A DNA stretch of 63,501 bases, filler included, from Neoconidiobolus thromboides FSU 785 (GCA_025603075.1; 7 parts of 7 records of this genome joined end to end with filler, not necessarily neighbours in it), one strand, 5' to 3'. Positions 39,901-53,027 are shown, counted from the whole stretch's first letter. A program made the numbers and translations. The notes: generated by a model not told the origin, from the letters alone.

Positions 39901-40651
39901 ATTTTGGTTAAAAAATTTACATAAAATAATTTGTATTATCAACACATTACATAAAAGATTAATAGAAAATAATATAGCTAAAAAATAAAATGAGTTTATT
40001 AAAACTAAGTACAATAAAATTTTAAAAAGCTATTATATCAAGAAGTATAAATTTATATAGTAAACCTAAATAAAAGACTAAATTATTTATGCATGAGTTT
40101 ATAAACATTTAATTTGACACTAAAATCACATAGTTAATCAAATTTATTATATGAGCTATAATTAAATTATAAAAATACAGTTACTGCTATAATCAATCTA
40201 AGTCGTTACTGTAGTATAATCAATTATTGAATTAGCAAAGCAACATTTCAATTTCCCTCTTTATATATAGTATAGTGAGTTTATTATTTACTTACAGATG
40301 TCTAAATTGGTTTAAAATTTATTTAAAAATCAATCTAAATTTAAGTTTTAAATTTATAAGTCCTTAACATATGATTGGCTTAAATTCAAAAAAACCTAAA
40401 ATTAAGTAAAAATTAACTTAAAAGACTTGTTCTAATTGTTTCATTCCTTTTAAAATTTTAAATTATATGCTTTATACTACTTTTACTAAATGTTTAAATT
40501 AATTTTGTTAAATGTTTAGTAGATACATAATATACTTATTTGTTTCACTTTGGTTTCTATTAAGATAAAAATAAAATACAAGTTCTTATAACTAAACTTC
40601 AAAATAAAAATTCTAAAAATTTTAAAATAATAAAGAGAAGTATACAATGCT

Positions 40652-41115
40652 TGTGAAATATCGCTTTGTCAGTCCCATGGTTAATTATAACATAACAATC
40701 GCCTAAGCTGTTGTGTTCTCGAGCTCAGAGAAAACCAATCCCATGTTCTTATTTTGATTTGTTATGAGAATTTCTAGCTCCATCCAAAAGAATATTATCC
40801 TCTCATTTTGATACTTATACTTTTCAGAGTATAAAAGAGTTTACAGAGTATAATAGTTCGAGGCTTTTTAACTGAATTATTCCCTGATATCTCGAACATT
40901 TAATAAAGCCACTAAGTTTTCTTAATAGTATTTTACATAGGTTTTGCATTAGTATTGTCTATTCTATTTGTCTTATATAGCTTGTAACCTATTACGTGCT
41001 ATTCCTCATAATCCAAGTCTATCTTAGTTACATAAACTAAGACCTTTCGACTTATAGTGTAGTCAACCCAGCAATAGCTGTTCTTGACTCCAAATCCTGA
41101 GTACCAGATCTCACA
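40652..41115 (+). mobile_element. Solo-LTR-like unit 3 (diverged)
   Basis: TGTGAAAT...TCTCACA termini (TG...CA), TATAAAAG at 40830, AATAAA at 40902. Colinear with units 1 and 2, roughly 75-80% identical by eye. Confidence 0.7.
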
Positions 41116-41134
41116 CCCACATATTATATAAAAC

Positions 41135-41241
41135 ATATGGGGATGTATTTTTGTGTTTAAGAACTTTACTAACAAATTTTCCGCTCAAATAGCGCTTAAA
41201 AGATGAAAAAAATGCTGAAGCTAAAAAAAACATCCCCATAT
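41135..41241 (+). mobile_element. MITE family A copy (close to consensus)
   Basis: ATAT-GGGGATGTATTTTTGTGTTTAAG...AAAAAAAACATCCCC-ATAT. Confidence 0.9.
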
Positions 41242-41452
41242 CAAAAAAACTTAATATGTGAAAAAATATATTTCAAAAATAGAATAGTAGCTTTTTAGTT
41301 ATACAATAAAATTTTATTAAACTATAGAATATAATAATATAGTAGCAATTTTCTATACAATAGTTTGCTGATTTTTAAAAAAATTTATACTTTTTAAATT
41401 TAAAAACTAATAACTTTTTAATTACATAATAAAATAGTATAATTTTTTTCAA

Positions 41453-41557
41453 TATAAGGGGCTGTATTTTTATGTTTAAGAATTTTACTGCCAATTTTTC
41501 CGCTCAAATAGCGCTTAAAAAATGGAAAAAACAATGAAGCCAAAAAAAATCTTCATA
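41453..41557 (+). mobile_element. MITE family A copy
   Basis: ggggctgtatttttatgtttaagaattttac...cgctcaaatagcgcttaaaaaatggaaaaa...gaagccaaaaaaa. Confidence 0.8.
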
Positions 41558-41838
41558 ACTTATTTTTATAATTTGTTTTTTAAAACTAAAAAACCAAATT
41601 TTCTTATTATGATCCTTTTTAATATGCTAATCATTTAAACTTATTACTATTAAATTATTTAAAATATTAGTAACATTTGTACATTTATTTATGAATATTA
41701 ATAAAAGTTCATATAATAACTTTATAACTTTTTAAATGTATTTTAAATATTTTAATAGTAACTAAAACTATATAATATATTGAAATATTAGAATTTAAAT
41801 GCAGCTAAATAGCTTAGTAGCTTAATTTTTCGGTAATT

Positions 41839-41942
41839 ATATGGGGATGTGTTTTTTTATTTAAGAATTTTACTACAATCTTTCTACTCAAATAGCGCTT
41901 GAAAAATGGAAAAATAATGAAACTAAAAAAACAACCCCATAT
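41839..41942 (+). mobile_element. MITE family A copy
   Basis: ATAT-GGGGATGTG...AAAAAAACAACCCC-ATAT. Confidence 0.88.
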
Positions 41943-42016
41943 ATTATTCAAGACTCAATTGGTATTAAACTAACACATAGACAATTTGTGACTTCTGAAA
42001 CCTCAAGTGGATTCTA

Positions 42017-42118
42017 ATGAGAATGTTTTTTTTGACTTCATTATTTTTTCCATTTTTAAGTGCTATTTAAGCGAAAAATTTGTTAGTAAAGTTCTTAAAC
42101 ACAAAAATACATCCCCAA
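42017..42118 (-). mobile_element. MITE family A copy
   Basis: gaatgttttttttgacttcattatt...agtaaagttcttaaacacaaaaatacatcccc. Confidence 0.82.
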
Positions 42119-42358
42119 TGTTTTAAGGCAAGGCATATACTATCTACATAAGTGAATGGGCTAAAAGTTTAGATTTTAAATTTAAACTAAGTAATTTTAA
42201 GCAAACATGAATTTGGGTTTTAAAGATTAATTCTTAAAGTGCTAAAAACTAAAAAAGTGTCAAAAAGCACTAAAAAAATAATAAAATAGAAACTAAAATA
42301 TTAGGTAAGTTTAAAACAAATATTTCAAAAGGTTGGCTGGTATCTGTTTTAGTACTAT

Positions 42359-42463
42359 GTATGGGGATGTATCTTTGTATTTAAGAATTTCACTACCAAT
42401 TTTTCCGCTCAAATAGTGCTTAAAGGTGTAAAAAGTAGTGAAGCCAAAAAAACACCCCCATAT
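42359..42463 (+). mobile_element. MITE family A copy
   Basis: GTAT-GGGGATGTATCTTTG...AAAAAAACACCCCC-ATAT. Confidence 0.88.
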
Positions 42464-42933
42464 GTTCTCTGATATCTTATCAGTTTATTATTAACTTATT
42501 AATGGTAAATTGATTTTTAAAATTCAAACTAAAGATTCGATTGATTACAAACAACAAATTGATCATAAATTAATTATAAACTAATTACAAATCGATTAAT
42601 AGTGTATTAGTTCGTCAATACTATTATTTGTGTTTATTTAAAGACTCATTAAACTTATCATTGAGTGTTTATTGAAATCATACACATTGAGTATCGATTT
42701 GATAATCTTCGAATTTTAATAGCTTATTATTAAGTCTGATCTTTTGTTGTAGTGGTTTCTATTTTTCAAGTCAATAAAGGAGCATAACATATTATCAAAT
42801 AAAAGTAATTTATCTTATCGTTGAGCTTTATTAAATTACATCATTTTAGTATATTTATTAAATAATTATTTTAAAAAATCAGCTTGATAAAATAACTACA
42901 TTCTTTTTGATTCTTTTTTATTCTCCTCACTTC

Positions 42934-44063
42934 TTACATCATAGGACCACCAATATGGATCCCACCATCGACATTAATCGTAGCACCAGTAATGAATCCT
43001 GAAGCTTTCGAAGCCAAAAAGATACAAGTGCCAGCAATTTCAATTGGTTTACCAGCTCTTTTTAATGGAATTTTACTAGTAACTAAATCCAAACCAACTT
43101 GTTCGGTAGATCCTTTTGTCATTTTAGTTTCATAAAATCCAAGTGCAATAGCATTCACCAAAACTGGTCGAGAAGCCACATGATAAGCTAATACACTACT
43201 GAGATGGTGTACTGCTGCTTTGGATACATCATATACAAGACTATTACGTCCAGGTTGTATACCTTGTATTGAACCAATGTTGATTACACGAGCTGGATCT
43301 TCAGGAGTAGAAGCTTCTTCAAGAGGGGAGAGTAAACTGTGAAATATGTTTAGATTTCGATAATTAATTAATTAATTAAGCTATATATTACGCTAAAGTA
43401 AAAAATAATAATGCTTTGACATTTAAATCCATTACACGATGATAGGATTTAGTGGTAATTTCTTCTAAATCCGAACCCCAAGTAGCTAAGTAAAGTTAAT
43501 ATGGTTAAATAAAATATTTATCTTTATTTATTGAAGTTACCTCCTGCGTTGTTAATCAAAACATGGATTTCTGAATATGTTAAAATATATAAAATGAGAT
43601 TAAAATATTAAATTTACTCTTTTCTTTTTGTAATAAAGTATCTACCATCTTAGTCATATCATCTTCCTTAGACATATCTCCTTGGATAAAATAACACGAA
43701 CCTGGGCCTGAGATAATTTCAGAATTTAGGATGCAATTTTACTAAAATTCCTATTTATTTCATGCTTACCTAATTTGTTTAATCTTTCACAAGTATTATG
43801 TAAATCCTGTTGTTTCCTTCCAGTTATATAAACTTTAGCTCCATTGGTAACGAATCCCTTTAGATAAAATTTTAACATTTGAACATTTTATATTGTTTCT
43901 TATTGTGTCCTTACTTCAGCAATGTGTTCTCCTACACTAAGAATAATGATGAAATATTAATTTCTTACATCCTGTTATTAGTTTGATATTAAACTTACCC
44001 TTTACCCCCACCAGTGATAACAACTACTTTATTTTTAACATCAAATAATGAACTATTTTCCAT
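42934..44063 (-). CDS. Short-chain dehydrogenase/reductase (RhlG-like classical SDR), multi-exon
   Basis: Spliced reading: MENSSLFDVKNKVVVITGGGKG..., LINNAG, RVINIGSI, catalytic YDVSK, VNAIALG, ASGFITGATINVDGG. Confidence 0.9.
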
Positions 44064-44554
44064 TGTTTATTTTTTTACAATAAAAAAGAAACTAGATTCT
44101 ATTTGGACGTTTTATTTCGTAGCATACAACTTTTCATTGGTTCGGTATTTGATTTCTTTTATCCGCATCAAAGTCACACATGCATTTCTCTTTTAATCAC
44201 TAGTAACATTAAGATAAAAGCTAAATTTAAAACTATAAAAATTTAATAGCTTAACTAGATCATTATGAATTAGTATATCATCTTTGCATCTTATTTTGAT
44301 CTATTTAACAACAATGGTTAAAATAGTTAACGAATAAACACAGCAATTCAAAAGCAATTACAACTAATAATTTCTAAATCAAGTGATTTTACTTGTTATA
44401 ATAATCCACCAAGAAAGGCTTTAAAGTTCCATCTTTTGAATTTTAAATTTCAATTTGTGAAATCAAATTGACTTTATTTTTTTTCTTTAAGAACAACAAA
44501 TATCAAGAGCAAAAAAAGAGATAAAAAAAAAAGAGATAAAAAAAAAGAGAAGTA

Positions 44555-45292
44555 ATGCCCCAAAACAAGAACAATATTACAAAAAATTCATTTTTAAATG
44601 CGATTGTCAATACCCCATTAACATCTTATGATTCCCCTATAGATTCACCCAAAGCAACGATCAATATACCAACAAATTCCAAATTTCAGTCGGGTTATAT
44701 ACCACCCCCAGTGACTCGACGCTGTTCAGTTATGGGTACAGCAATCACACAAACTTCTTTATCTCATACGAAACCAAGTCATGATTTACAATTAACACAA
44801 ACCTCGATCGGATCCCAACAAGAACTGGAATATCAATTCCAACCTATTGATTATCAACAGATGGATGCCCGGTTTTATACAACATCAGAAACCATTTTAA
44901 CTCAACTTGTCAAAGTATTACAAAATTCAGTAGAAATCCAAATCTCATATAGAATTCAATCCTTAATCCAAGATTTTTTTCAATATTATTCCAAAGAATT
45001 TCCAATTATTGATGTATCTCAATTAGTTTTGTTATTAAAATCCAAAATTACACCTATTAAATATCGATTGTTAGTTGCCCTCAGTGCTTGTTGTTTATTT
45101 TGTAAAAGATTTAAAGAAAATTCGGATAGTGATAGTGAGTTAAAAGAAGGTTTAGAGCTCTTTTCTTATGCTAGAAGTTTGGATGATAATGCTATTAAAT
45201 TGATGCGTGATGGGGATGTAGCTGCTTTGTTAGCTACTTTTTCAATTATCAGTTATATTGAAAAAAGATTTTTTAGTGTTAAGGAGGAATAG
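44555..45292 (+). CDS. 245-aa protein with low-complexity N-terminus and a Fungal_trans (middle-homology)-like C-terminus
   Basis: Long open frame in AT-rich DNA. LIQDFFQYYSKEFPII...LLVALSACCLF...GLELFSYARSL resembles the fungal TF middle region. No Zn2Cys6 motif is visible. Confidence 0.55.
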   Translation: MPQNKNNITKNSFLNAIVNTPLTSYDSPIDSPKATINIPTNSKFQSGYIPPPVTRRCSVMGTAITQTSLSHTKPSHDLQLTQTSIGSQQELEYQFQPIDYQQMDARFYTTSETILTQLVKVLQNSVEIQISYRIQSLIQDFFQYYSKEFPIIDVSQLVLLLKSKITPIKYRLLVALSACCLFCKRFKENSDSDSELKEGLELFSYARSLDDNAIKLMRDGDVAALLATFSIISYIEKRFFSVKEE

Positions 45293-45534
45293 AAGTTTTA
45301 ATTAAGAGTAAATAACTGGATTATTTGAATTGAAGTTAAGAATGGGATAACAAGTTTTCATTGCAGTGGATTTTTTTTAATATTAAAAATTGTTTCTTTT
45401 TTATATTGAAAGTTTCTAATAATAAATAGATAATTTTTGAACAATTAAGTTTATTATCGTATGCTATTTTTATTTTTTGCGTTTCCAGTAAGAGATATCT
45501 AATGAAGCGCAAAAAAATTACAAAAAAATTCAAA

Positions 45535-45640
45535 ATATGAAGACGTTTTTTTGCTTTCATCACTCTTTCTATTTTTTAAGTATTTTTTAAGTTGAAAGGT
45601 TATCAGTAAAATTCTTAAACAAAAAGATACATTCTTATAT
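45535..45640 (-). mobile_element. MITE family A degenerate copy, about 242 bp past the 44555 ORF stop
   Basis: atatgaagacgtttttttgctttcatcac...cagtaaaattcttaaacaaaaagatacattcttatat. Confidence 0.7.
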
Positions 45641-45930
45641 AACTATAATTAGATTACTATTTTTTTGTTTAACAAAATCTTTATAATTTTTATTTTATTT
45701 ACTAGCATTCTATTAAGACTTTTATAATTTAATAAGATGACTTTTATTAATAGCCAACTATACTTAATATAAGATAAAAGTGTATAGAACCTTTAATTAA
45801 TGTTATTAAATATCGAGTATTTTGATCTTTTGTAAAAATCATTGAACATTAAAAATCATGAATTCAGTTAACTAATAAACAAAAAAGTAAACTATTTTTC
45901 ATCTTATTTTAAATTATAAGATTTTTTCGT

Positions 45931-46335
45931 ATGATAATGTGCTTTTTTGTTTAAGAACTTTACTGGCAAACTTTCCACTCATAATAGTGCTTAAAAAATA
46001 AAAAAAGTGATGAAAGCAAAAAAAACTCCATATATATGAAAATATATTTTTATGTTCAAGGACTTTACTCACAATTACTCACGATTTCCCCCCTCAAATA
46101 GCGCTTAAAAGATGAAAAAAGTGATAAGGCCAAAAACACCTCCACATGATGTAGATTTCTAGTTCACAAAGTATCATTGTTGATAATACATTAGCTAAAA
46201 GTTTGATTTTTACAGTTTTATCTATTATTTAATATTTAGCAATGTATTGTTTTGTTTGATAATTTTGCTAACAATCTTTCCACTTAAATAATGCTTAAAA
46301 AAACAGAAAAAGTGATGAAATCAAAAAAATGATTT
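45931..46335 (+). mobile_element. Three degenerate MITE A copies in direct orientation (about 45931-46035, 46036-46147, 46241-46335)
   Basis: The core tttcc(a/c)ct(c/t)aaata(g/a)(c/t)gcttaaaa...aaaagtgat occurs three times. Confidence 0.7.
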
Positions 46336-46650
46336 TTATTTAATTAATATAAATGATTATAACAGTTAAAAAAAGCAAATTACAATTACTTATATTTTAT
46401 GCTTTGTTTTTTGTTATTAGTAAATGCAGATGATAATAAAATTTAAAACTTATTTAATAACTATTTGGTTAGTTGTATTAATTTAGTTGAATTAGTAAAA
46501 ATAAGTGTGATAGCTTAAAATAATTCAGTATTAAAACTTTTTTTGTTATTAAAGTTCTTATATATAGAATCAAGCAGAGAAGTTAAAAATGTTTTTTGTA
46601 CTTTAATTTATTTGTTTTATAAAATTTCAAATTTTAAATTTTAAATCTTA

Positions 46651-46757
46651 ATATGAGAATGGTTTTTTTGGTTTCATTACTTTTTCCATCTTTTAAGCAC
46701 TATTTAAGTAGAAAGGTTGTTAATAAAATTCTTAAACAGAAAAATACATCCCCATAT
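46651..46757 (-). mobile_element. MITE family A copy
   Basis: ATAT-GAGAATGGTTTTTTTGGTTTC...AAAAATACATCCCC-ATAT. Confidence 0.85.
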
Positions 46758-47763
46758 ATTGTTGATAAATATTAAACTGAGAAATCAACAATAATTGTCA
46801 TCAACATTTTTGATTTAAAAGTATTTAAATGTTTTAATTACTTTTTAAATGAACATATAAAAGATCAATTATAAAATATTACTAATTTATACAATTATTA
46901 TTTTATTATAGTAATTTGTTTAATATTATAAACCAACTTAAGTTAAAACTTTTTAAATTATAAATATGATTTTTTAAATGCTTTAAACCACTAAAGTATA
47001 ATGAAGACATCAAAGGGGTTTATAATATATAAATAAATATATAAATATAATAATCAAAAACATTAATTTTATTGTTTTTTGAATTTGAATAATTCAAATA
47101 ATTTAATACATTTTATTTCATTTTAAATAATTGAAATTCAGTTCTTTTTAATAAAATAAGTTGATTACTTTTTAGAATAAAATTTAATAATGAAAAAGCC
47201 CACATAATGGATTTTTTAAAATTTTAACAAGGTCAATAAAAGCTCAAGGCTTCAACTAATTTCAATAACTTACTAAATTTAGTAATTTTAACTCCATAGA
47301 AATTGAATAATTATTTTTTTAAGCTTAAAATGCGATTTAATAGTCACACATTAATATTTAAAAATTGAAATTGATATGATAGGTTCTTAATTGATGATGT
47401 CATGACTCCTTTATATTCACAAAAATAAACTAAAAGGAATAGCTGAAGGAATAGATTGATAGATCATATAGAAAGTTGAATCAAGTTAATATAAAATACC
47501 TTTGATATCTAAGGTGTCAAAGTATTAATTAATGGGCTAATCACTATTAAGTCATAGACTAAACAATGCTCTTTTATCGTATTGTTCTAAATCTTACTAA
47601 TAAAAAATAATCATCCAAATTGAGATTTTAAATGAAACTTTCAGCTACTTTAATAAAACAATCTATCATTTGAAAATTAAAACTTAAAAAAAGTATAAAT
47701 AGGACGATTTAATAAAAAATGTCAAAATTTATTTTGGAAAAATAAAAACAAAACAAAATAAAA

Positions 47764-50254
47764 ATGTCAATTCAACAACAATTTCAAGCCGCCACTTCAG
47801 ATAGTGGATTTTTTCAAGTAAGTGGAATATCCACTTAATAAATAGTTAAAATCAGCTAATAATTTCATTTAAGGAACCCGTTGAATTATCTAATGTTTAC
47901 CTTTCCGATCCAATTTTAAAAGATTTACTACTTCGTTATCTCCCATATGAACAATATAAGTTTATTGAAAAAGATCTAATTGAATTAGGAGACAAAGTTA
48001 TTAATAAAGTTATTAAATTAGGTGAATTAAGTGAATATAATTTACCTTCAATAAAGCAATATGATCATTGGGGAAGGTAGAATTAATACTAGATATAAAA
48101 GCATAATAACTGAGTCAATATTAATATTATTTTTATTTTATTTCAGGAGAATTGATGAATTAAATGTCCATCCTGCTTGGACTGAATTACAACAACTGGG
48201 TTGTGAGGAAGGGTAACAAAATATATAAAATAACAAATAACAAATAATAAATTTATATCATAGATTAGTTTCCATCCCTTATGAATTACCCATTGGAGAT
48301 TTATCCCGCCTTTATCAATTTAGTAAAATCTATTTATTTACTCCAGGTAATATGGCGGATTGTCCTTTGAGTATGACAGATGGTATGTCACGCGTTATTA
48401 CCAATCTTGGTACTAAAAAACAGAAACAAGAAATCTTAACTCATTTGATAACAAGAAATAAATGTAATTTTTATTCAGCTGGTCAATGGATGACTGAAAG
48501 GAAAGGTGGCTCAGATGTTTCAGGTACTGAAACAATTGCTTATCAAAAGGAAGGACAATGGTTTATTGATGGTTTTAAATGGTTTTCTTCTGCTACAGAT
48601 GCAAAGGTTACATTATTATTAGCTAGAGTTGTCGATGAAAACGGGAACGGAAAGGAGGGGAGTAGAGGTTTATCTCTGTTTTTAGCTAAAGTTAGGGATG
48701 ATAATGGTAAATTAAATGGGGTTAGGTAAAATCATTTTTGTAATAAATAATAAAAAATAATAATAAAAAATAAATAAACAATAGAATTCATCGACTTAAA
48801 GAAAAAATTGGTACTAAAAGTTTACCAACAGCAGAATTAGAATTGAAAGGTATGAAAGCTGAATTAATTGGAGAAATCAATCGAGGGATTCCTAATATAT
48901 CAAATGTATTAATGATAACTCGAGTTCATTGTGCTTTGACATCTTCCGCTGGTTTAAGAAGAGCATTTACTATAGCCAAAGAATATGCATGTAAAAGAAA
49001 GGTAAAGAAATATTATTTAAAGTTGACTAAATGAAAATATTAATATTAATCTTGATTTCTATTACTATCATAGATTGGTAGTAAAAAATTATGTGAATTA
49101 CCTTTACATATAATGAGTTTAGCTACAATTGAACGTAAATTAAGACAGTGTACTCAATTAGCATTCTATGCTGCATATTTATTAGGAAAATATGAAAACC
49201 TTAATAACAATAATAATAATGAAGATAATCAGTTAATGTTTCGATTATGTATACCCATAGCCAAAGTATGGTGTAGTAAATATTCAGTAGATAATGTAAT
49301 TTCTAGTTTAGAAGCTTTAGGGGGTTTAGGTTATATGGAAGAAATTGGAGTGGGTAAAATATTAAGGGATATATTAGTTAATTGTATTTGGGAAGGTACA
49401 GGTAATGTAATGGGGTTAGATGTATTTAGAGCTATTCAAAGTACCAATGGAAAGGCTTGGTGGTGTTTTAGAAAAGTAAGAATAAAAGGATAAGTTTGAT
49501 TCTATATAGTATTAATATTATTTGTTATTAGGTAATTATGACCAAAGTAACTGAAAGTGTAGAGAAATTTAAAACGGAGGATTTAGGTTATGATATCTTA
49601 AAAAAGAAACAAAAAATTATTATTCAAAGTTTGAAAATGATTAATGATTTGTTAACGCCTATTATAAAAGATAATTTATATGCTTCATTTGACTCCATTT
49701 GTCTTTCATTAGCCTTAGTTATGGGTAATTTATTAGTCATTACTTTGTTAATGGAACAAGCTGCATTCTCGCTAAATAATCATGAAATTCAAACTAAACT
49801 AAATCATCATCAAGATTTATTATGTTTAAAATATGAATTCAATCAGGTCAAAGAGGTAATGAATCCACTAATGAAGTTAATGAAGTTAAAAATTGGGGGT
49901 GAGGATAAAAATGAGAATGAGGATAAGAATTTGAAGAATGAAAAAGATAATTTAGAATTAGGAAATGATTTTGGAGATGGATTTGCTACTTTTATTAAAT
50001 TGGAATATGATAAAATTTATAATAAAAAAGAAAATATTAAACAAAAAATTGGTAATCAACCATCAACAGTAACAGAGTATTTAAATCAATTAACTACTAG
50101 ATTTATGGATGGTAAGTTTATTTTTTTTAAAGACAATAAATAATTAAATTATTAACACTTATTTATTTCTATATAACTTTTAGATTATGATTTAGTTCAT
50201 CCTATTCATCACCAAAGTCAATTACCAGTATTAGGAATCAAAAGTAGGATTTAA
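47764..50254 (+). CDS. Acyl-CoA dehydrogenase of the AidB/ACAD11-like group, 8 exons, C-terminal PTS1-like SRI
   Basis: Motifs YDHWGRRID, DCPLSMTDG, GQWMTERKGGSDV, DGFKWFSSA, KIGTKSLPTAELEL, EALGGLGY, IWEGTGNV. The last exon (50184-50254) ends GIKSRI*. Confidence 0.92.
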
Positions 50255-50599
50255 AAAGAATAAATAAAGTTGTTTTTTTATTCTTAAATAAAAGACCAAG
50301 TTGACTATTTTAACTAATTTTTATAAGTCCTTTTTTAGATAGTAAAAAATAATGTGGTAGGTGATAGTAGTTATAATAAAATATTAGAAAATAAGTTATA
50401 AAAGTAAAATATTTGTTTTATGTTATAATTTAAATAACTACACTCTAAGCTGATAATTAATTTAATAAAATTTATAACATAGTATCAAAAGTAATTTATT
50501 TATTTACTTTATTATGTAATGTAGATCTCAGTTACTTCATTTCAAATATATTTCTTCATAAATTAAGTATAATAATAAAGTCATTTATAAAACTTTAAT

Positions 50600-50702
50600 A
50601 TATGGGGATGTTTTTTTGGCTTCATTACTTTTCCGTTTTTAAAGGCTATTTGAGCAGGAAGGTTATTAGTAGAATTTTTAAACAAAAAATACATCTCTAT
50701 AT
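50600..50702 (-). mobile_element. MITE family A copy
   Basis: ATAT-GGGGATGTTTTTTTGGCTTC...AAAAAATACATCTCT-ATAT. Confidence 0.85.
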
Positions 50703-50789
50703 ACACTATTTTGTTTTATTTTATTTTGTTTTTCTGCTAATTTGATGAGGGTTTAGTTTAATAAAGTATATAATAAAAATTAAAAATAA

Positions 50790-50895
50790 ATATGCGAATG
50801 TATTTTTGTGTTTAAAAATTTTACTAACAATTCTTTTACTCAAATAGTGCTTAAAAAATGGAAAAATAATGAAACCAAAAAAAAACACTCCACAT
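50790..50895 (+). mobile_element. MITE family A copy
   Basis: ATAT-GCGAATGTATTTTTGTG...AAAAAAAACACTCC-ACAT. Confidence 0.8.
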
Positions 50896-50922
50896 CTTTA
50901 TATTATACTTTTTGAATAATGC

Positions 50923-51045
50923 ATATGGGGTTGTCTGAATTAGTTTCATTATTTTATCCAATTTTAAAAAAATTTGTATTTTAAAAACTTCGCTTAAAAT
51001 TCTATAAAATCACATCTTTTATTAAAACAAAAGTACCCAAACACA
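50923..51045 (+). repeat. Repeat family B, uninterrupted copy, runs into gap
   Basis: Starts ATAT-GGGGTTGTCTGAATTAGTTTCATT, like a MITE end, but has a different interior. Aligns loosely to 1690-1910. Confidence 0.55.
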
Positions 51046-51145
51046 NNNNNNNNNNNNNNNNNNNNNNNNNNNNNNNNNNNNNNNNNNNNTTAATTAATTA
51101 ANNNNNNNNNNNNNNNNNNNNNNNNNNNNNNNNNNNNNNNNNNNN

Positions 51146-51233
51146 TGAGCTTTTTATTAATAAAAGGATTGAAGTAAACTTACGAGCAAAGAACGGCACT
51201 GATACAAAGAGAAATTAAAAGTGAGGGTTTCAT
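51146..51233 (-). CDS. 5' exon of a secreted protein (copy 1), body in gap
   Basis: ATG at 51233 gives MKPSLLISLCISAVLCS, followed by a GTAAGT donor. Identical to copy 2 at 54610. Confidence 0.7.
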
Positions 51234-52677
51234 AATTATTACAGTAGTAATTAAACTAGCATAGCTTTAATTTACAGTCTTTTATATACATTTCATAACT
51301 CAGCACGGATTCGTTCCACTATATATGAAATGAACTACTTTTAATAGCATAAATAAACATTTAAGGAAAAAATAAAATAAATTTGGATAAGATATTCGGA
51401 TAAGTTGTTCAATCGCAAATCGAAATTCAAGTCATGAAGTAATCTGTGTTCTAAAATCCTACTTAAAAAAACAACTTTTAGCAATTACATTTTATCTCTA
51501 AAGCACCTTTTATTTACAACTTCCCCTTCAAGCGAATACTCTATAGCTAATAATTTATTATATTCGTAAATGTATCGTAGATTAAGGATAAGCGTAGGTT
51601 TATAATATTCATTTATTTTAAACGCTCTATATAATTAAATCAGTTTTTAAGTAGTTAAATATATATATCGCTCTTAATTCTTATATGTTTTAATTGTTTA
51701 ATAAAAAACTGAGTATACTAAATTACTTTTTTGAGACTATTTTTTTAATATAAGGTTTTAACCACACTTATTTTATTTTCTGATAGCATTCTAGATCCCT
51801 TGTTCTAGTTTAGAAAAGTGACCAGAATATATAGAGATAATGGATAAATGGGATTTCTTTTTCATATACTTCAAATGCTTGGTATGTGGAACTAGTAAAA
51901 TAAACTCATGTTACTATTTTTTGTCATTTTTCTGCAATTCAATCTATTTATAAGATTAACAAACAAAATTATAGGGGGTATAAGTTGATAAACTAACATT
52001 AAAGTATACAGAAATGGTATAAAATTCACATTTTCATTGATAATCTGCAATATGATTTCATTAAACTTGTTTTTAAAGGCTAAAATTAAGTAAAATAAAA
52101 ATGAGTTCTTGATTTGAAAAACACACTTTTTTAATAAGTGCAAAAAACGCGCGAAAAAAACTGCTTTTTAACATTTGATTTTGGTATGATTATTTTGTAT
52201 ATAAGAAATTGATACTTAAGCCAGTTTATTATATTTTATTTTGATATAAATGAAAGTTTTCTTTATCACTAATAACTATAATTCCATACCACTTAAATAA
52301 ACAATTATAACTTTTCATTCAACTTTTTGTATCTTCAATGATTTCTTTCTTGCATTATATCAGCTACGTATTTTAAATATTGTGAATAAATTTAAAGTAA
52401 TAGACTATAAATAAATTTGAAAGAACAAGATATATTAGATGGGTAAGAATAAGTGGCGCCTTGAATGCCAGCTTTGTAAAAATTAAAAACAGCTGATATT
52501 TATTCTGTAGATGCTATTAATAAATAAATCGAGATTGTTTGCATTGCCCTAAAAAAAGTAGATAACTACTAGCTTTCAACCACTAAGGTTAATAACATGC
52601 CACCTAAGAAGTGCCATCTATTGCTTTATTATAAGATTTCGGAGTAAAAATGAAAACACAGTAAACTGAAATTAATA

Positions 52678-52783
52678 ATAGTGATGTTTTTTTTGACTTC
52701 ATTACTTTTTTTGTTTTTTAAGCGCTACTTGAGCGGAAAGATTATTAGTGAAATTCTTAAACATAAAAATACATCCCCAATAT
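52678..52783 (-). mobile_element. MITE family A copy
   Basis: gatgttttttttgacttcattac...aagcgctacttgagcggaaag...aaaaatacatcccc. Confidence 0.82.
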
Positions 52784-52886
52784 TAAAATCAATATATCTA
52801 TCAGCTAATGTAAATAAAATCGACACTGCTTTAAAAAAAACCTTCATTAGCATATTATATGTAACTAAATTTTAAACATCCTATAA

Positions 52887-52989
52887 ATATGGAGAAGTAT
52901 TTTTTGTTTGAGAATTTTACTAACAATCCTTTCTCTTAAATAGCACTTAAACGGAAAAAGTGATGAGATCAAAGAAACCATCTATATAT
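52887..52989 (+). mobile_element. MITE family A copy
   Basis: ATAT-GGAGAAGTATTTTTTG...aaatagcacttaaacggaaaaagtgatgag...tatat. Confidence 0.75.
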
Positions 52990-53027
52990 TAATTAGAGAT
53001 CTTTAAATTGATTTTATAAGAGCAAAG

